A stretch of 64,000 bases of DNA, from contig CM069137.1 in NCBI GenBank assembly GCA_035221665.1, positions 28,458,001 to 28,522,000 of the forward strand. The letters are read 5' to 3'. The stretch comes from Okamejei kenojei (taxonomy: Eukaryota). Positions 51,283-63,060 of the stretch are shown here, piece after piece. The stretch's first letter is position 1. Every line of letters begins with the position of its first letter. Below the pieces are notes generated by a model. It was given only the letters and a program-made list of their open reading frames with translations, made no database searches and had not been told where the DNA came from. Both the position numbers and the translations under genes were made by a program.

Positions 51283-52010
51283 GTTAGACCGTATTGGCTG
51301 CCTCGCCAGCAGTCTGTCTTGTCCCTTCTGTTTTTATTATTTTAAATATCTTAAACGTTTGTTTTAATATCTCTTGTGTATGTTTCATGTGTGTGTGGGG
51401 AGGGGGGGGGGGATCGGGAGAAACTTTTTCCAGTCACTTACCTCGAAGGAGATGCGATTTTCCGCCGTGTCACATCTCCGTCCTCCCCCTGCGGCCAACA
51501 ACATGGAGTGGCGTGGCCTTTCTTGGAGACTGGCCCGGAGCTTCAAGCCGCGGGTGTGGCACGGACTTATCATCGTGGAGCCTGGGATCTTTGCAGAGAT
51601 TGCCAGTGTAGGAGCTCTGAGCGCGGGGCCTGTGGACACCATGAAGCAGCGGTCCCTGGTAATAAGTGGCCGACTCGGGAGCTCCTTGCCGTGGAGTGTT
51701 CTGATCCATCCCGACGTTGGAGTTTCAAACATCCCGACGAGAGGGCTTGAACATCGGAACGTCGGCAACGGCAAGTGCGGAGGGTTCAGCCCCTTCCACG
51801 GGTGAACAAAGGAGGAAGATGACTGAACTTTATTGCCTTCCATCACAGTGAGGAATGTGGATTCCGCTGTGGTGGATGTTATGTTAAGTTTTATTTTATG
51901 TGGCTGAATTGTTGTTTTTCTCACTTAGTATGGCTGTATGGTAACGCAAATGTCACTGTACCTTAATTGGTACATGTGCCAAATAAATTGAATCTTGAAT
52001 CTTGAATCTT
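51283..52010 (+). mobile_element. Unclassified non-autonomous retroposon with CpG-rich body and LINE-like tail
   Basis: Ends tcactgtaccttaattggtacatgtg.caaataaa(ttgaatc)3, a hairpin plus microsatellite tail; no credible ORF. Confidence 0.5.
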
Positions 52011-52870
52011 CTTTTGATCCTCTCAATGTATTTTTATCCACACCTGCTGAAACTACTGAAAAGCAGTTTGAAGAATCCATTCTTCAATTAACACTGATTG
52101 AATGATCTTTCAAACAACGAGTCTGCAAACGCAACCGTTTCTTACCTTGACAATTTATACTGGTGACATATCCTTCTCCAATATAAGTTAACCCCAACAT
52201 AATTAAGGCACAATACTTGCAATAAGGTAGGGTTGCCAGGATATGACATCTGACATTCATAATCCTTTCAATACACTGCCTAAGAAGTAAGTTTAGCTTA
52301 GTTTATTATTGTCATGTGTACTGCAGTGCAGTGAAAAGCTTTTTGTTGCATGCTATTCAGTCAGCAAAAAGACCATACATGATTATAATCAAACCATCCA
52401 TAGTGCACAGATACAGGAGTGTGTGCTTGGATGTAACATTTATTTCAGCAAAAATATAAATGATGCTTTCCTTCCACCAGCAACAACTTCATTTTTACCA
52501 TTGTATTTAATATTCTGGATTTAATGGGAGAGACATTGGCCATTATAATTATCTTCTGGTAGGGAAAACAATCAATTGGATAATTACAGCAGAGAATAAG
52601 AATTAAGCTTTTAGCGTGGCTCTGACTATTTACAAAAGCTATTATCAAGCTGATTGCATGAGAAGAGAAGTGTGAGTGAGAATGCCCCAGCTGTTAACAT
52701 TTATGATCACAGTTTTGTACTATTTAAAGTAGAATGAGCAATTATCTAGTAAACATTGGAAAACAATATGATACAATATCGTCATTCATTTTGCATTAGC
52801 ATATGGATTACCTGTGTTTATTATGCAGGTACTGGTCCATCAGAGAATTAAGTTGAAATATGCAGCTTTA

Positions 52871-53410
52871 AGGGGCTGTCCTACTTGGGCGACCTAATTG
52901 GTGAGTTTAAAAGAGTTTAGGAGAGTCTAAAAAAATGTCGTGTTCAAGACCTCTTTCGACCTCCTTTGACTATACTGAAGACTAGCTTTGACTAGCTATG
53001 ACTAACTTAGGGAAAATTGGACACCGAATAGTGGAGAGTGAAGACGACCTCCTTCGACCTCCCTTCGAAATCCCTTTGACTATGATGAAGACTATCTACG
53101 ACAACCTTTGACTACCTTCGATTACCTTAGACTACCCTCGGTTACCTACGAATAACATGCTGACCTACTGCGACCTACTACGACTAAACCTACGAGTACA
53201 AAAGTATTGATTTTTTCCATGGCGACCTTTTTTTACTTGCGGGCATTTTTCAACATGTAGCTGAGGCCTCAAGTACATGGGGACTACTCTTGAGAATGAA
53301 GGAGAGTTACATAGACCTCCTACGACCTCGTGTCGACCATGCTGCGAGTATGAGTCGAGGGCAAACACACCAGAACTCGCGGATTAGGTCGCCCAAGTGG
53401 GACAGCCCCT
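52871..53410. mobile_element. PIF/Harbinger-type MITE, inverted relative of 2085-2655
   Basis: TTA|aggggctgtcctacttgggcgacctaat ... attaggtcgcccaagtgggacagcccct|TCA. Confidence 0.87.
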
Positions 53411-54254
53411 TCATTGCTGTGTTATCGGTATTCTATTTAAAACTAGATAAAATGCCCCGTCAAAATGAATTCCCCAGGCAGGATTCATGTACATCTGAAT
53501 TTTCCATTGCAACATGCTCAAACTTAGTGCCCAAAGACTGGCAATTTTAATTCCAACATTGTTCAGTTTTCATCATGTGAAGAGCATTGAATTTGTCCCC
53601 CATAAATATACAAACACCATCACTCTTTTCAATCTTGCATGTTCATCATTATACATTTGCATACCACAATTGTTCAGGAAAGCAATGATTTATGTTGGGC
53701 ATATTTTGTGTTGACATGAATGATGAGGCCAAAAGCACTTATTATGGATTAACCTGACTGCAACTTCTGAAGTGCGCACACACAGTTCAGCGGAGTAATC
53801 GAGGCCCTGAGGTCAAACTTACCTTGCTTCTCCATAGGCTCTGCTGTGATGGCAACCTGCCAATGGACACAAGCTTGAAATAAATCTGTGTGGTTTACTG
53901 CATTATAGATAACTTGGCAACATGACAGAAAAAGTTTAGGGTCAAACAAAAGTTTGGTGAAAGTGAATTTCTAATGGCTTGATCAGTCATAATTACTTTC
54001 AATCAACCAATTTGGCCTTGGAAATTTCATTTTCATAGTTTATGATTTCAATCTGAGAATATATTTCAAAATTGAATTACATTTGCTGTCACACTTTCAT
54101 TCTTCCACTTTTATTTCCCCAGACTATATTTTGGTTACTACACATGATTTGAAGTTCATACATAATTCCTGTTTTCCACCAGTTGTTTAGACTTATCAGA
54201 TGAGCATCTGCTGCAGGACAGAGTGAAAGGCAAACTAAATTGATTGCAGATTGG

Positions 54255-54345
54255 TAGACACAAAATGCTGGAGTTACTCAGCGGGCGAGGCAGCATCTCT
54301 GGAGGGATGGAATGGGCGACGTTTCGGGTCGAGACCCTTCTTTAG
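54255..54345 (-). mobile_element. Penelope-like terminal-repeat remnant
   Basis: tagacacaaaatgctggag...gacgtttcgggtcgagacccttctttaga. Confidence 0.8.
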
Positions 54346-54436
54346 ATACTGAATAGCCAACTCTAACCTGCTAACTTAAGATCCTTTCACTGCATGAAGG
54401 CAACCCACTGAAAGAAAGTACTTTGTTAAATTGCTT

Positions 54437-54870
54437 GTATCCGCATTAAACTTCATCCGCCATGCATCTGCCCACTCCCCCAACCTGTCCAAGTCACCCT
54501 GCATTCTCACAGCATCCTCTGTCTTTCTATAGCAGGGTGATCAAAACTGAACACAACTGAACAATGTGGTCTTGTTAACATCTTGCACAACTGTAACTCC
54601 TTAACTGTTGAAGGTCAATGTGCCAAAAGCCACCTTGTCTCCATGTGACACCACTTTCAGGGAACTATGCACTTTACTATTAGATCCTTCTGCCCTATGG
54701 TGCTCCCCAGGGCCCTATTATTCGGTGTAAAGGTCCTGCCCTGGTTCGACTTCCTAAAATGAGCCTTTGAACATCTGGAAACAAATAGCCTTACATTTCA
54801 CTTTACCCATTCCTTGGCCCACTTGTCCAAATGATCAAGATCCTACTGTAATTCTTGAAAACACTTTTCA
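54437..54870 (-). mobile_element. CR1 fragments
   Basis: 54437-54519 is nearly identical to 11498-11579; older CR1 sequence follows. Confidence 0.7.
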
Positions 54871-54959
54871 CTGTCTGAGCGATGGCTGTCAAAATCACAG
54901 TAATCCCCATCCCTTGTAGCTGCCAGATGTTCAAAGGCTCAGCAGGAGGTATTTTCAAG

Positions 54960-56007
54960 GGTTACACAAAAAGTTGGAGAAACTCAGCGGGTGCAGCAGC
55001 ATCTAAGGAGCGAAGGAGATAGGCGACGTTTCGGGTCAAGACCCTTCTTCAGACTGGTCAGGGATCAGGGAAACGAGAGATATAGACGGTGATGTGGAGA
55101 GATAAAGAACAATGAATGAAAGATATGCAAAAAAGTATCGATGATAAAGGGAACAAGCCATTGTAAGCTGTTTGTGGTGTGAAAATGAGAAGCTAGTGCG
55201 ACTAGGGTGGGGGAGGGAGATAGAGATAGAGGGAATGCCAGGGCCCGAGGGCAGAGGGAGAGGTGGGAGGGGGAGGAGACAGCAGGGGTTAACAGAATTG
55301 AGAAAATTCAATGTTCAGGCCCAAAGGATGCAGACTCCCCAAGCGGAATATGAGGTGCTGTTCCTCCAACTTGCGGTGTTGCTCACTCTGGCCATGGAGG
55401 AGGCCCAGGACCGAGAGGTCGGATACGGAATGGGAGGGGGAGTTGAAGTGCTGAGCGACCAGGAGGTCGGGTTGGTTTTTGCGGACCGAGCGGAGGTGTT
55501 CGACGAAACGATCGCCAAGCCTCCGCTTGGTCTCACCGATATAGATCATCTGGCATCTGGAGCAGCGGATGCAGTAGATGAGGTTGGAGGAGGTGCAGGT
55601 GAACCTCTGTCGGACCTGGAAGGACTGCTTGGGTCCCTGAAAGGAGTGGAGGGGGGAGGTGAAGGGACAAGTGTTGCATTTCTTGCGGTTGCAAGGGAAA
55701 GTGCCCGGGGAAGGAGTAGAGCGGGAGGGGAGGGAAGAATTGACAAGGGAGTCGCGGAGGGAGCGGTCTTTGCGGAAGGCAGACAGGGGGGGAGATAGGA
55801 AGATGTGGCGGGTGGAGGGGTCACGTTGGAGGTGGCGAAACTGGCGGAGGACTATCTGTTGTATTTGCCGGCTGGTGGGGTGAAAGGTGAGGACCAGGGG
55901 GACTCTGCCCTGTTTGCGAGTGGGGGAATGGGGAGAGAGGGCAGTGTTGCGGGGTATGGAGGAGACCCTGGTGCGAGCCTCATCAATAGTGGGGGAGGGG
56001 AATCCCC
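54960..56007 (-). mobile_element. 5'-truncated Penelope-like element (Neptune-type), young
   Basis: 14-bp TSD gaggtattttcaag (54946-54959, 56008-56021); open frame to the GIY-YIG domain; terminal repeat with hammerhead-like core at 55025-55052. Confidence 0.93.
55289..56007 (-). CDS. Partial PLE ORF: thumb/linker, Cys-rich motif and GIY-YIG endonuclease (no genuine start)
   Basis: VPLVLTFHP, CNRKKCNTC, SSNLIYCIRCSRCQMIYIGETKRRLGDRFVEH, VAQHFN, RKLEEQHLIFRL, GLN. Confidence 0.88.
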
Positions 56008-57281
56008 GAGGTATTTTCAAGATCTCCCAGGCGGTGGCCCTTAATTACTTCCTTCCTAGGTAACTGATGGGTATATTAACTTTGCCTCTGATGTTACAAT
56101 CAGTAGGCATTGTATTTGCAGCAATAAATGGCTTTCCACAAGTGCAACCTGTTATTACTCTGCACACAAGTAGCAATTGAAATATCCCCATAACAACAAA
56201 GAGTACTTATCCATCACAAGAGTTTCAATGCCACTGCTACACGGCAAATGTGCAAGCATTAAAAACTCTTCCATCGTGTTTTAGCTAAGTGGTAGAAGTT
56301 TTGGGTGTTTTTGAATTAGACAAGTTGTTGCAATGCATTTTGTTAATTGTTGCAGGATGTTGTGCATAGTTAGGTGGATGGGATATCAGTCAAGTGAATT
56401 GCTTTGTTCTGGCTGGTGGTGCATTGATACAATTTTGGATATTGATGGTACTTGATAATAGTCATGCAGTTGTATTTCAGGGATTTCTTGCGATTTACCG
56501 AATCTGCACTTCAGCTGCAGCAAACATTTAAGAGGTTTTCAAAGCTCGCTAGAAATGGCCGACTCCAGGTCATTGTGCACCACAAAAGCTAATTTTACTT
56601 ATCAGGAGCTCAGTTAGGAATGAGCATGTTAACTCATAATTGTGAAATAATCACTTTGGTCATAGTAATGGTAATCGGCATCTCCCTGCATGCAATGAGA
56701 ACTGGGCAACATTCAGACAGTGGCTGACAGGTAACAATTATTGCTACTGTCACACAAGATCAGACAATACTCTTAATCTGGCAGCTCTTGGGAATCAACT
56801 CATTTCCCCTTGTAGATGAATATAATTTGGACCAGAAGAGCACTGAAAAACTCCTGCTGTTATGTCTTGGGAAAAAATTATTAACCTATTTCCATTTTCC
56901 TTTGCCTCATTTCAGTGCAGATTTTACTTTTTTATTCCTATTGGCTTCATATTGGCTCAGGTTCCTTAATGAAAGGTTTAGTCAAATGTAGATCTGATGT
57001 CACATGCAGTGATTCTTATTGCACCTCTGGAATTGACCTCTTTTGTTGAAGGTGAACCAGTTTGAGTGGGCCGATCAAAGCAAAAAGCATTGTTGAGTTG
57101 GATATTAGTATAATTTATATTTTACTTCGGAGTCACGTGAGTGACTTCGTGAAGACCCCGCCAGCACGCATGCGCGGCATATCGTCGCGCGCATTTGCAT
57201 CGGCAGGCTGGGGGGGGAGTGCGCTCTCTCCTCCGGCTCCTTCATAAGGCCGGTAGGTAAGTATTGCTTTTACTCCACAGG

Positions 57282-59072
57282 ATGGACAAGGGCAAGAAGA
57301 AGGCAACACTGTCGAGGAGCCGAGCCTTGACCAGCCAAAGGCCCTTGTCTCCGGAGCTGCAAGCAACACCGGCAGCTTTGAGGCATGTGGGGGCTGGAAG
57401 TCGGGCGCTTCCGCTGATTCAGGGGCCGACTCACCAGAGTGGTTTACCGCGCCGGAGCTGGATATTGATCCAGATTTCGTGCCCCCTTCCCCCAAGAAAA
57501 GAAGGGGAAAACAGGTACGTGGCAAGGGGTCTCGCTTTCCACAAGCAACCCCTCCCCGAGCTCCAGAAGACCCGAGGGGGCTGGGCCGGGGGACAGCTGC
57601 ACGACAGGGGAGCCCTGCAAATGTGCATAACGTACCGCTGCCAGGGAGATCTGCCGTAGTGCAGTCTGGCAATATCACTGCTGCGTCGTGTAGGCCTGCT
57701 GGAGCAGATACCGCCGACAACACACCCCGTCAGGCTGCGGTCAAGGGCGGAGGTGGCAGCAGGAAGCGGTCGGTCAGCTCAGCTCTGGGAGCGGCCGACC
57801 ATGCGCCTCCGTTCCAAAAGATGGGCAAGTGTGGAGGTAAGCCTGCACGGACTCCGGGGAGCCAGGTTCCGGGGGACGGCACCGATTCAACTCACCTGCC
57901 TTCATATCAGACAGGTGGGCCGCCACAGTCTGGGAGAAGACAGGCTAGCGGAGAGTCCGTGCGGGAGTCGTATGATCCTACTTGGGCTGTAGGTCACGAC
58001 AACCTGCCATTGGACCCTAGACAGCACCTTACAGAGGTGTGGTCCGATGGTGGAAGCCCGAGTGAGTTTGCAGGGCCTGGGGAAGTCGGCTTGTCTGCCG
58101 CAGATAGCAGGGACGGTCGCATAGAGCGGTTGGAGCTCTTAGTGGAGCAACCCCTCCAGCGGGACCGGGAACGAGAAGAGCGGGACTCGCGGGCATCCAC
58201 TAGCCGTGCGAGGACCCCATTCAGCATCTCATCGTCTCCAGCCAGAAGCGTGAGTGATTGCCCAGCTGCTGCGTTTGAAGACGACCCGGGACAGCCAATG
58301 ACTGCTGAGCCAGAGCATGCGGAGGATATGCTGGAAGTGGTGAGTGAGTTTGCCGCTACCACCCAGACAGGTGAACCTCTGCACCACAAATTGGCGGGCA
58401 CCATTGATTACCTGACTACGCACCAACTTCAGAGTCAGGTTCTCCATGATACCTTGGAGAAAATAAAACCGCCCGAGAACTGCATCAACCTCAGTGTGCC
58501 CTTGGTTAATGCCCAGATCTGGGGACACTTGAGTACGGCCACCAGGATGCAGGATGTCCGCCTCCAGCGTATCTTAAAAGTTCTCTCCACGGGCATAAAC
58601 GGCGTTTGCTAGGACCCTGGACGGGGATAATGTGTCCAGTGAACAGCAAGATGCACTGGCACTCCTATGCAACGCCCAATATGAAATAAACTGCCTGCGT
58701 AAGAGCTCCATAAAGCCCACACTCAACCCCAAATTCGCGGGGTTGTGCCGACCATCAACCGCTCCACCGCCGCATCAGTTAGTCGGAGACCTGTCCAAAC
58801 AGGTGAAGGAGTTGGACGAGGAGGCCAAAACAGTGGGCCTCATGAAACCTCCGTCACCCAGAATTCACCCATATCACCGGCAACAGTCTAATACAACTTG
58901 GAAACCACGGCTGCCGGATAGGGCACAAGGACCCTACCTACCGCCATCGCATCAAACACAACGACCTTTTTTAGGGCAAGGTCAACAGCGGCCTGCATGG
59001 AAAATGCGGCCGCCGCCCCGTCAACCTCCACAACGTCAACCCAAAACACCGTACGTACGGAACCGCCGTTAA
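57282..59072 (+). pseudogene. DIRS ORF1 (gag-like), frameshifted
   Basis: ORFs 57264-57659, 57479-58612 (PPENCINLSVPLVNAQIW...D.RLQ) and 58632-59072 (ANAQ-like CNAQYEINCLRK, LVGDLSKQVKEL). Confidence 0.8.
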
Positions 59073-59074
59073 CC

Positions 59075-61063
59075 ATGGAGGTAAGGGGGTCTGGTTCTTC
59101 TCACGCCGTAGCATCTTCTCCCGCACGAATAGGTGGGCGATTACGGGCTTTCTTGGACATATGGAAAACTGTCACCACAGATGAGTTTATTTTACAAAGT
59201 GTTCAAGGATATGTTATAGAATTTATTGGAGGTATAAATCCCCCAACTCAACATTTGCCTCATAGGAAGTTTTCTCTATCCCAAAAAGAGGTAGAGGCAG
59301 GACATGCTGAAATTATATGGCTAGCAGAAAAAGGGGTAATTGGCAAAACCGAGCATGAACCTGTTGAGTTTGTGTCTAATATTTTCACCAGAATTAAAAA
59401 AGATGGGGGATGTCGGATTATAATAAACTGAGTTGAACAATTTTGTACAATATACCCATTTCAAAATGGATACTTTAGAAACAGCTAGGCAGATGCTTTA
59501 CCCAGGGTACTTTATGGCATGCATCGATTTGAAAGATGCATACTATACGGTGCCATTTGCTGAGGCTCACAGGAAATTTCTGAAGTTTGGCTGGAAGGGT
59601 CAATTATGGGAGTACAAGGCATTACCCAATGGAATCACAACAGCACCTAGGCTGTTTACCAAATTGGTAAAACCTATATTGGCTCTTCCCCGCCGACAAA
59701 ATTATATGGTAATGGCATATTTGGATGATATTCTTATAGAGGTCAGACCCTCCAATTGGCAATTCAAGGAGTGGCTGCAACCAAGGCTCTGTTCGAGAAG
59801 TTGGGGTTTGTAATCCATCCAGACAAATCAAAATTGCATCCGGTACGGGTTATGGATTATTTGAGGTTCACACTAGACACCAAATTAATGAAGATTACCA
59901 TCCCAACTAATAAAGCTACTGCTATAATAGAAGAGTGCCACAATCTTGCTTGCGCCAGGGTACCGACTATTCGGCAAACAACAAAAGTTATAGGCAAATT
60001 GGTAGCTACATTCCCAGCTGCACGATTCGGACTGCTACACTACCGAAATTTACAAAGATCAAAAATCACCGCATTAAAAACAAATGCTGGGCACTTTGAT
60101 CGGCCAATTCGGTTACCACCGGAAGCTAGAAACAAGCTACAATGGTGGGTTGACAATATTAGAGAGTGCCATAGATCCATCATAGTAAGCAACCCAGATG
60201 TTGTGCTACAAACTGACGCAAGTGCACAAGGCTGGGGAGCCACTGATACGATGTCCAGTTGTGGTGGCACATGGAACTCTCATGAGTCTACCTTCTTGGA
60301 GTCACATGGGATAAATTATATAGAAATGCTGGGGGCATTTCATGGATTGCGGGCTTACTGTACTAATTCACGGGGTTTACATGTCCGCCTTCAAATAGAT
60401 AATACTACAGTGGTGGCTTACATCAATCATATGGGTGGTATCAGGTCGCTATCTTGTGATGAATTGGCTAATACAATTTGGCACTGGTGCATTGAAAGAA
60501 ATATTTGGATTACTGCGGCCTATTTGCCTGGGAACACAATTTGGCACTGGTGTATCGAGAGGAATATTTGGATTACAGCGACCTATTTGCCAGGGAAGCT
60601 TAATACAGTGGCAGACACCCAGTCACGAGTTTTCAATGACAACATCGAGTGGATGTTGAACCCCTAAATTTTTGGAGATATTATAGCTCATTTTGGGACA
60701 CCAGATATTGACCTATTTGCGTCCAGGCTGAACCATCAGATACCAACGTATGTGTCATGGGAACCAGACCCTGGGGCATTAGCAATGGATGCATTTTCTA
60801 TCCATTGGGGGAAATGGTTTTGCTACGCTTTTCCCCCATTTTGCCTCATCAGTCGGGTATTGCAGAAAATTAAATTAGATTCTGCAACTGGCATATTGAT
60901 CATCCTCGACTGGCCTACACAACCATGGTACCCGACGGTCGTTAAAATTTTAAAACAACCATGGATGGCGATTGGGATACACCCCAAATTGATTACTCAC
61001 CCCATTACGGGGGTTAGTCATCCTTGCCATGGTCATTTAAACTTGTTGGCCTGCAGGTTTTGA
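59075..61063 (+). pseudogene. DIRS RT / RNase H / adenine-methyltransferase-like ORF, disrupted
   Basis: IDLKDAYY, LPNGITTAPRLFTK, YLDDIL; TDASAQGWGA, DNTTVVAYIN; DIDLFASRLN...DAF...YAFPPF. Breaks near 59430, 59745 and 60665. Confidence 0.93.
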
Positions 61064-62020
61064 AAAGACCACTCATCCGGGCAGGCATCTCTTCACGAGC
61101 CATAGACCTTATCGCCGCATCATGCCGAGAGTCAACTCGGAAACAGTACCTCACCCAGATCAGAAAATGGGAGGCATTCTGTGCCCGGACCAACAAGTCC
61201 TCAAACTCAGCAACAATACCAGATGTCCTGGAGTTTCTAGCGGGCCTCCATTTCGATGCTGGCCTCAGCTACAGTGCCATTAACAGCGCCAGGAGTGCGC
61301 TGTCCTCATACCTGGATATAGGTATCAGCTCCAACCACCTGGTGTCTAAACTAATGAGGGGAGTGTTCAACACCAACCCTCCACGACCCAGATATACAGT
61401 AATGTGGGATGTGGGGGATCGTGCTGACCCTACTTAGGAGCTGGGCTCCAATGGATGAGTTACCACTGAAACAGCTCACCCTCAAGGTGGTGATGCTGAT
61501 GGCACTGACTACAGCCCAACGAGTCCAGATGTTACAAAAACTGCGACTGGACAGCATGGTGGTCACCCCTGGTCAAATAAATTTCTTTGTCAAAGAATTA
61601 TTGAAACAGCACAGGCCAGGGGCACATGGGCTGCAGTTGCATTTTCGGGCGTACCTTGTAGATGCCACTCTCTGCATAGTCACCCATCTCCACCACTACA
61701 TCCGAGTTACTGGAGTTATCAGGATGAAGGAACAGGGGCTCCTCATCAGTCATAAACCTCCGCATCATCAGGTGACTACACAGACTATCGCCAGGTGGCT
61801 CAGGGTGGTGCTGGATGCAGCAGGAGTTGCTACTGACATCTTTAAGTCTCATTCCACCAGGGCTGCATCCACATCAGCGGCGAGGGCCATGGAGGTGCCA
61901 ATGGACCACATTCTTGCCACGGCGGGCTGGGCCAGTGAAGAAAACTTTCAACGGTTCTATAACAAGCCACTGGTCGCCCCTGCGACATTCGCAGAAGCTA
62001 TCCTGGGAACCGCTCAGTGA
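61024..62020 (+). pseudogene. DIRS tyrosine recombinase, one frameshift near 61420
   Basis: YSAINSARSALS, TAQRVQ (R), KSHSTRAAS (HxxR), AGWASEENFQRFY (catalytic Y). Confidence 0.93.
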
Positions 62021-62188
62021 ATGTCTGTCCCCGAATTAGGGGTTATTTGTTGTTTATTTGATTAATAAATTATGTTGATTTTTCAGCCAGTTTCGACTGA
62101 ACTCCATTAACAGCCTTCCTCCATCAGAATGGCGGCAGTGTGATAAGCATGGACGTTGTCCAGGGTGTGAAATCACAGAGCTTTGAAA

Positions 62189-62302
62189 TCTTCACGAAGT
62201 CACTCACGTGACTCCGAAGTAAAATAGTAAGATTAAACGAGAACTTACCAAGTTTGAAGGTTGATCTGTATTTTACGAGGAGTCGCAGTGAGGGATTTCG
62301 TG
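62189..62302. repeat. DIRS internal complementary region (ICR)
   Basis: 62189-62226 is the reverse complement of 57118-57155; 62220-62302 is the reverse complement of 62444-62526; the two halves overlap at taaaata. Confidence 0.95.
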
Positions 62303-62529
62303 CCCACCGCTCCCACCCTCTATCATAAGGTCAACCAGGAAGTTCTACGTTTTTCATCTTACTATTTTTTAGTCATGATTTGTTTTCTGTGATTCCACAC
62401 CGCTGCTTTGAAGGATGCCGCGCATGCGTGCTGGCGGGGTCTTCACAAAATCCCTCACCGCGACTCCTCGTAAAATACAGATCAACCTTCAAACTTGGTA
62501 AGTTCTCGTTTAATCTTACTATTTTATAG

Positions 62530-62838
62530 CATATTCCACATAACGGAAACAGGCCCTTTGGCCCAAAGGGTCCATGCCGACCAGTGATCCCCACACATTA
62601 ACACCATCCTACACCCACTAGGGCCAATTTTCACATTTACCAAGCCAATTAACCTACAAACCTGTACGTCTTTGGAATGTGGGAGGAAACCAAAGATCTC
62701 GGAAAAAACCCACGCACGTCATGGGGAGAATGTACAAACTCCGTACAGATATTACCCGTAATCGGGATCGAACCAGGGTCTCCAGAGCTGCATTCGCTGC
62801 AAGGCAGCAACTCTACAGCTGCGCAACAGTGACTGCCC
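62530..62838 (-). mobile_element. V-SINE (HE1-like) abutting the DIRS right end
   Basis: ggaaacaggccctttggccc...ttggaatgtgggaggaaacc...gggatcgaaccagggtctcc...gcagcaactctac. Confidence 0.87.
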
Positions 62839-63060
62839 TTTATTGTGTCATTTATTCTGACAATTTTATGATTTGCAGACCAGGAGGTAATGAGTGACTG
62901 GTAGGTGTCTCGGGATAACATCTTCAACCGCGACTAATGGCACTGTCAGAAACCCAATTAATAATGTTCAACAGCATTACAATGAATGCCAAAGTGGAAG
63001 AATGAATGAAGAGACCATAAGTTCTCTGAATTAGCACCATCGTGTTTATTTACATATGAA

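Larger units (their letters stand above)
57118..62526 (+). mobile_element. Full-length DIRS1-type tyrosine-recombinase retrotransposon (inactivated)
   Basis: 32-bp ITR 57149-57180 / 62415-62446; internal complementary region 62189-62302 pairs with both termini; gag, RT, RNase H, methyltransferase-like and YR domains in order; no TSD. Confidence 0.96.

Noticed and set aside
53815-53935. Possible minus-strand exon ending aag|gtaagt
   Set aside because: The donor is good, but the acceptor is weak, the peptide is unrecognisable and there are no partner exons. It cannot be supported without RNA data.
55172-55798. 208-aa plus-strand ORF
   Set aside because: Antisense shadow of the PLE GIY-YIG ORF.
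60668-62020. Methyltransferase-like plus tyrosine recombinase genes suggesting a phage or bacterial insert
   Set aside because: Both are standard DIRS1 domains and lie inside the ITR/ICR-bounded element.
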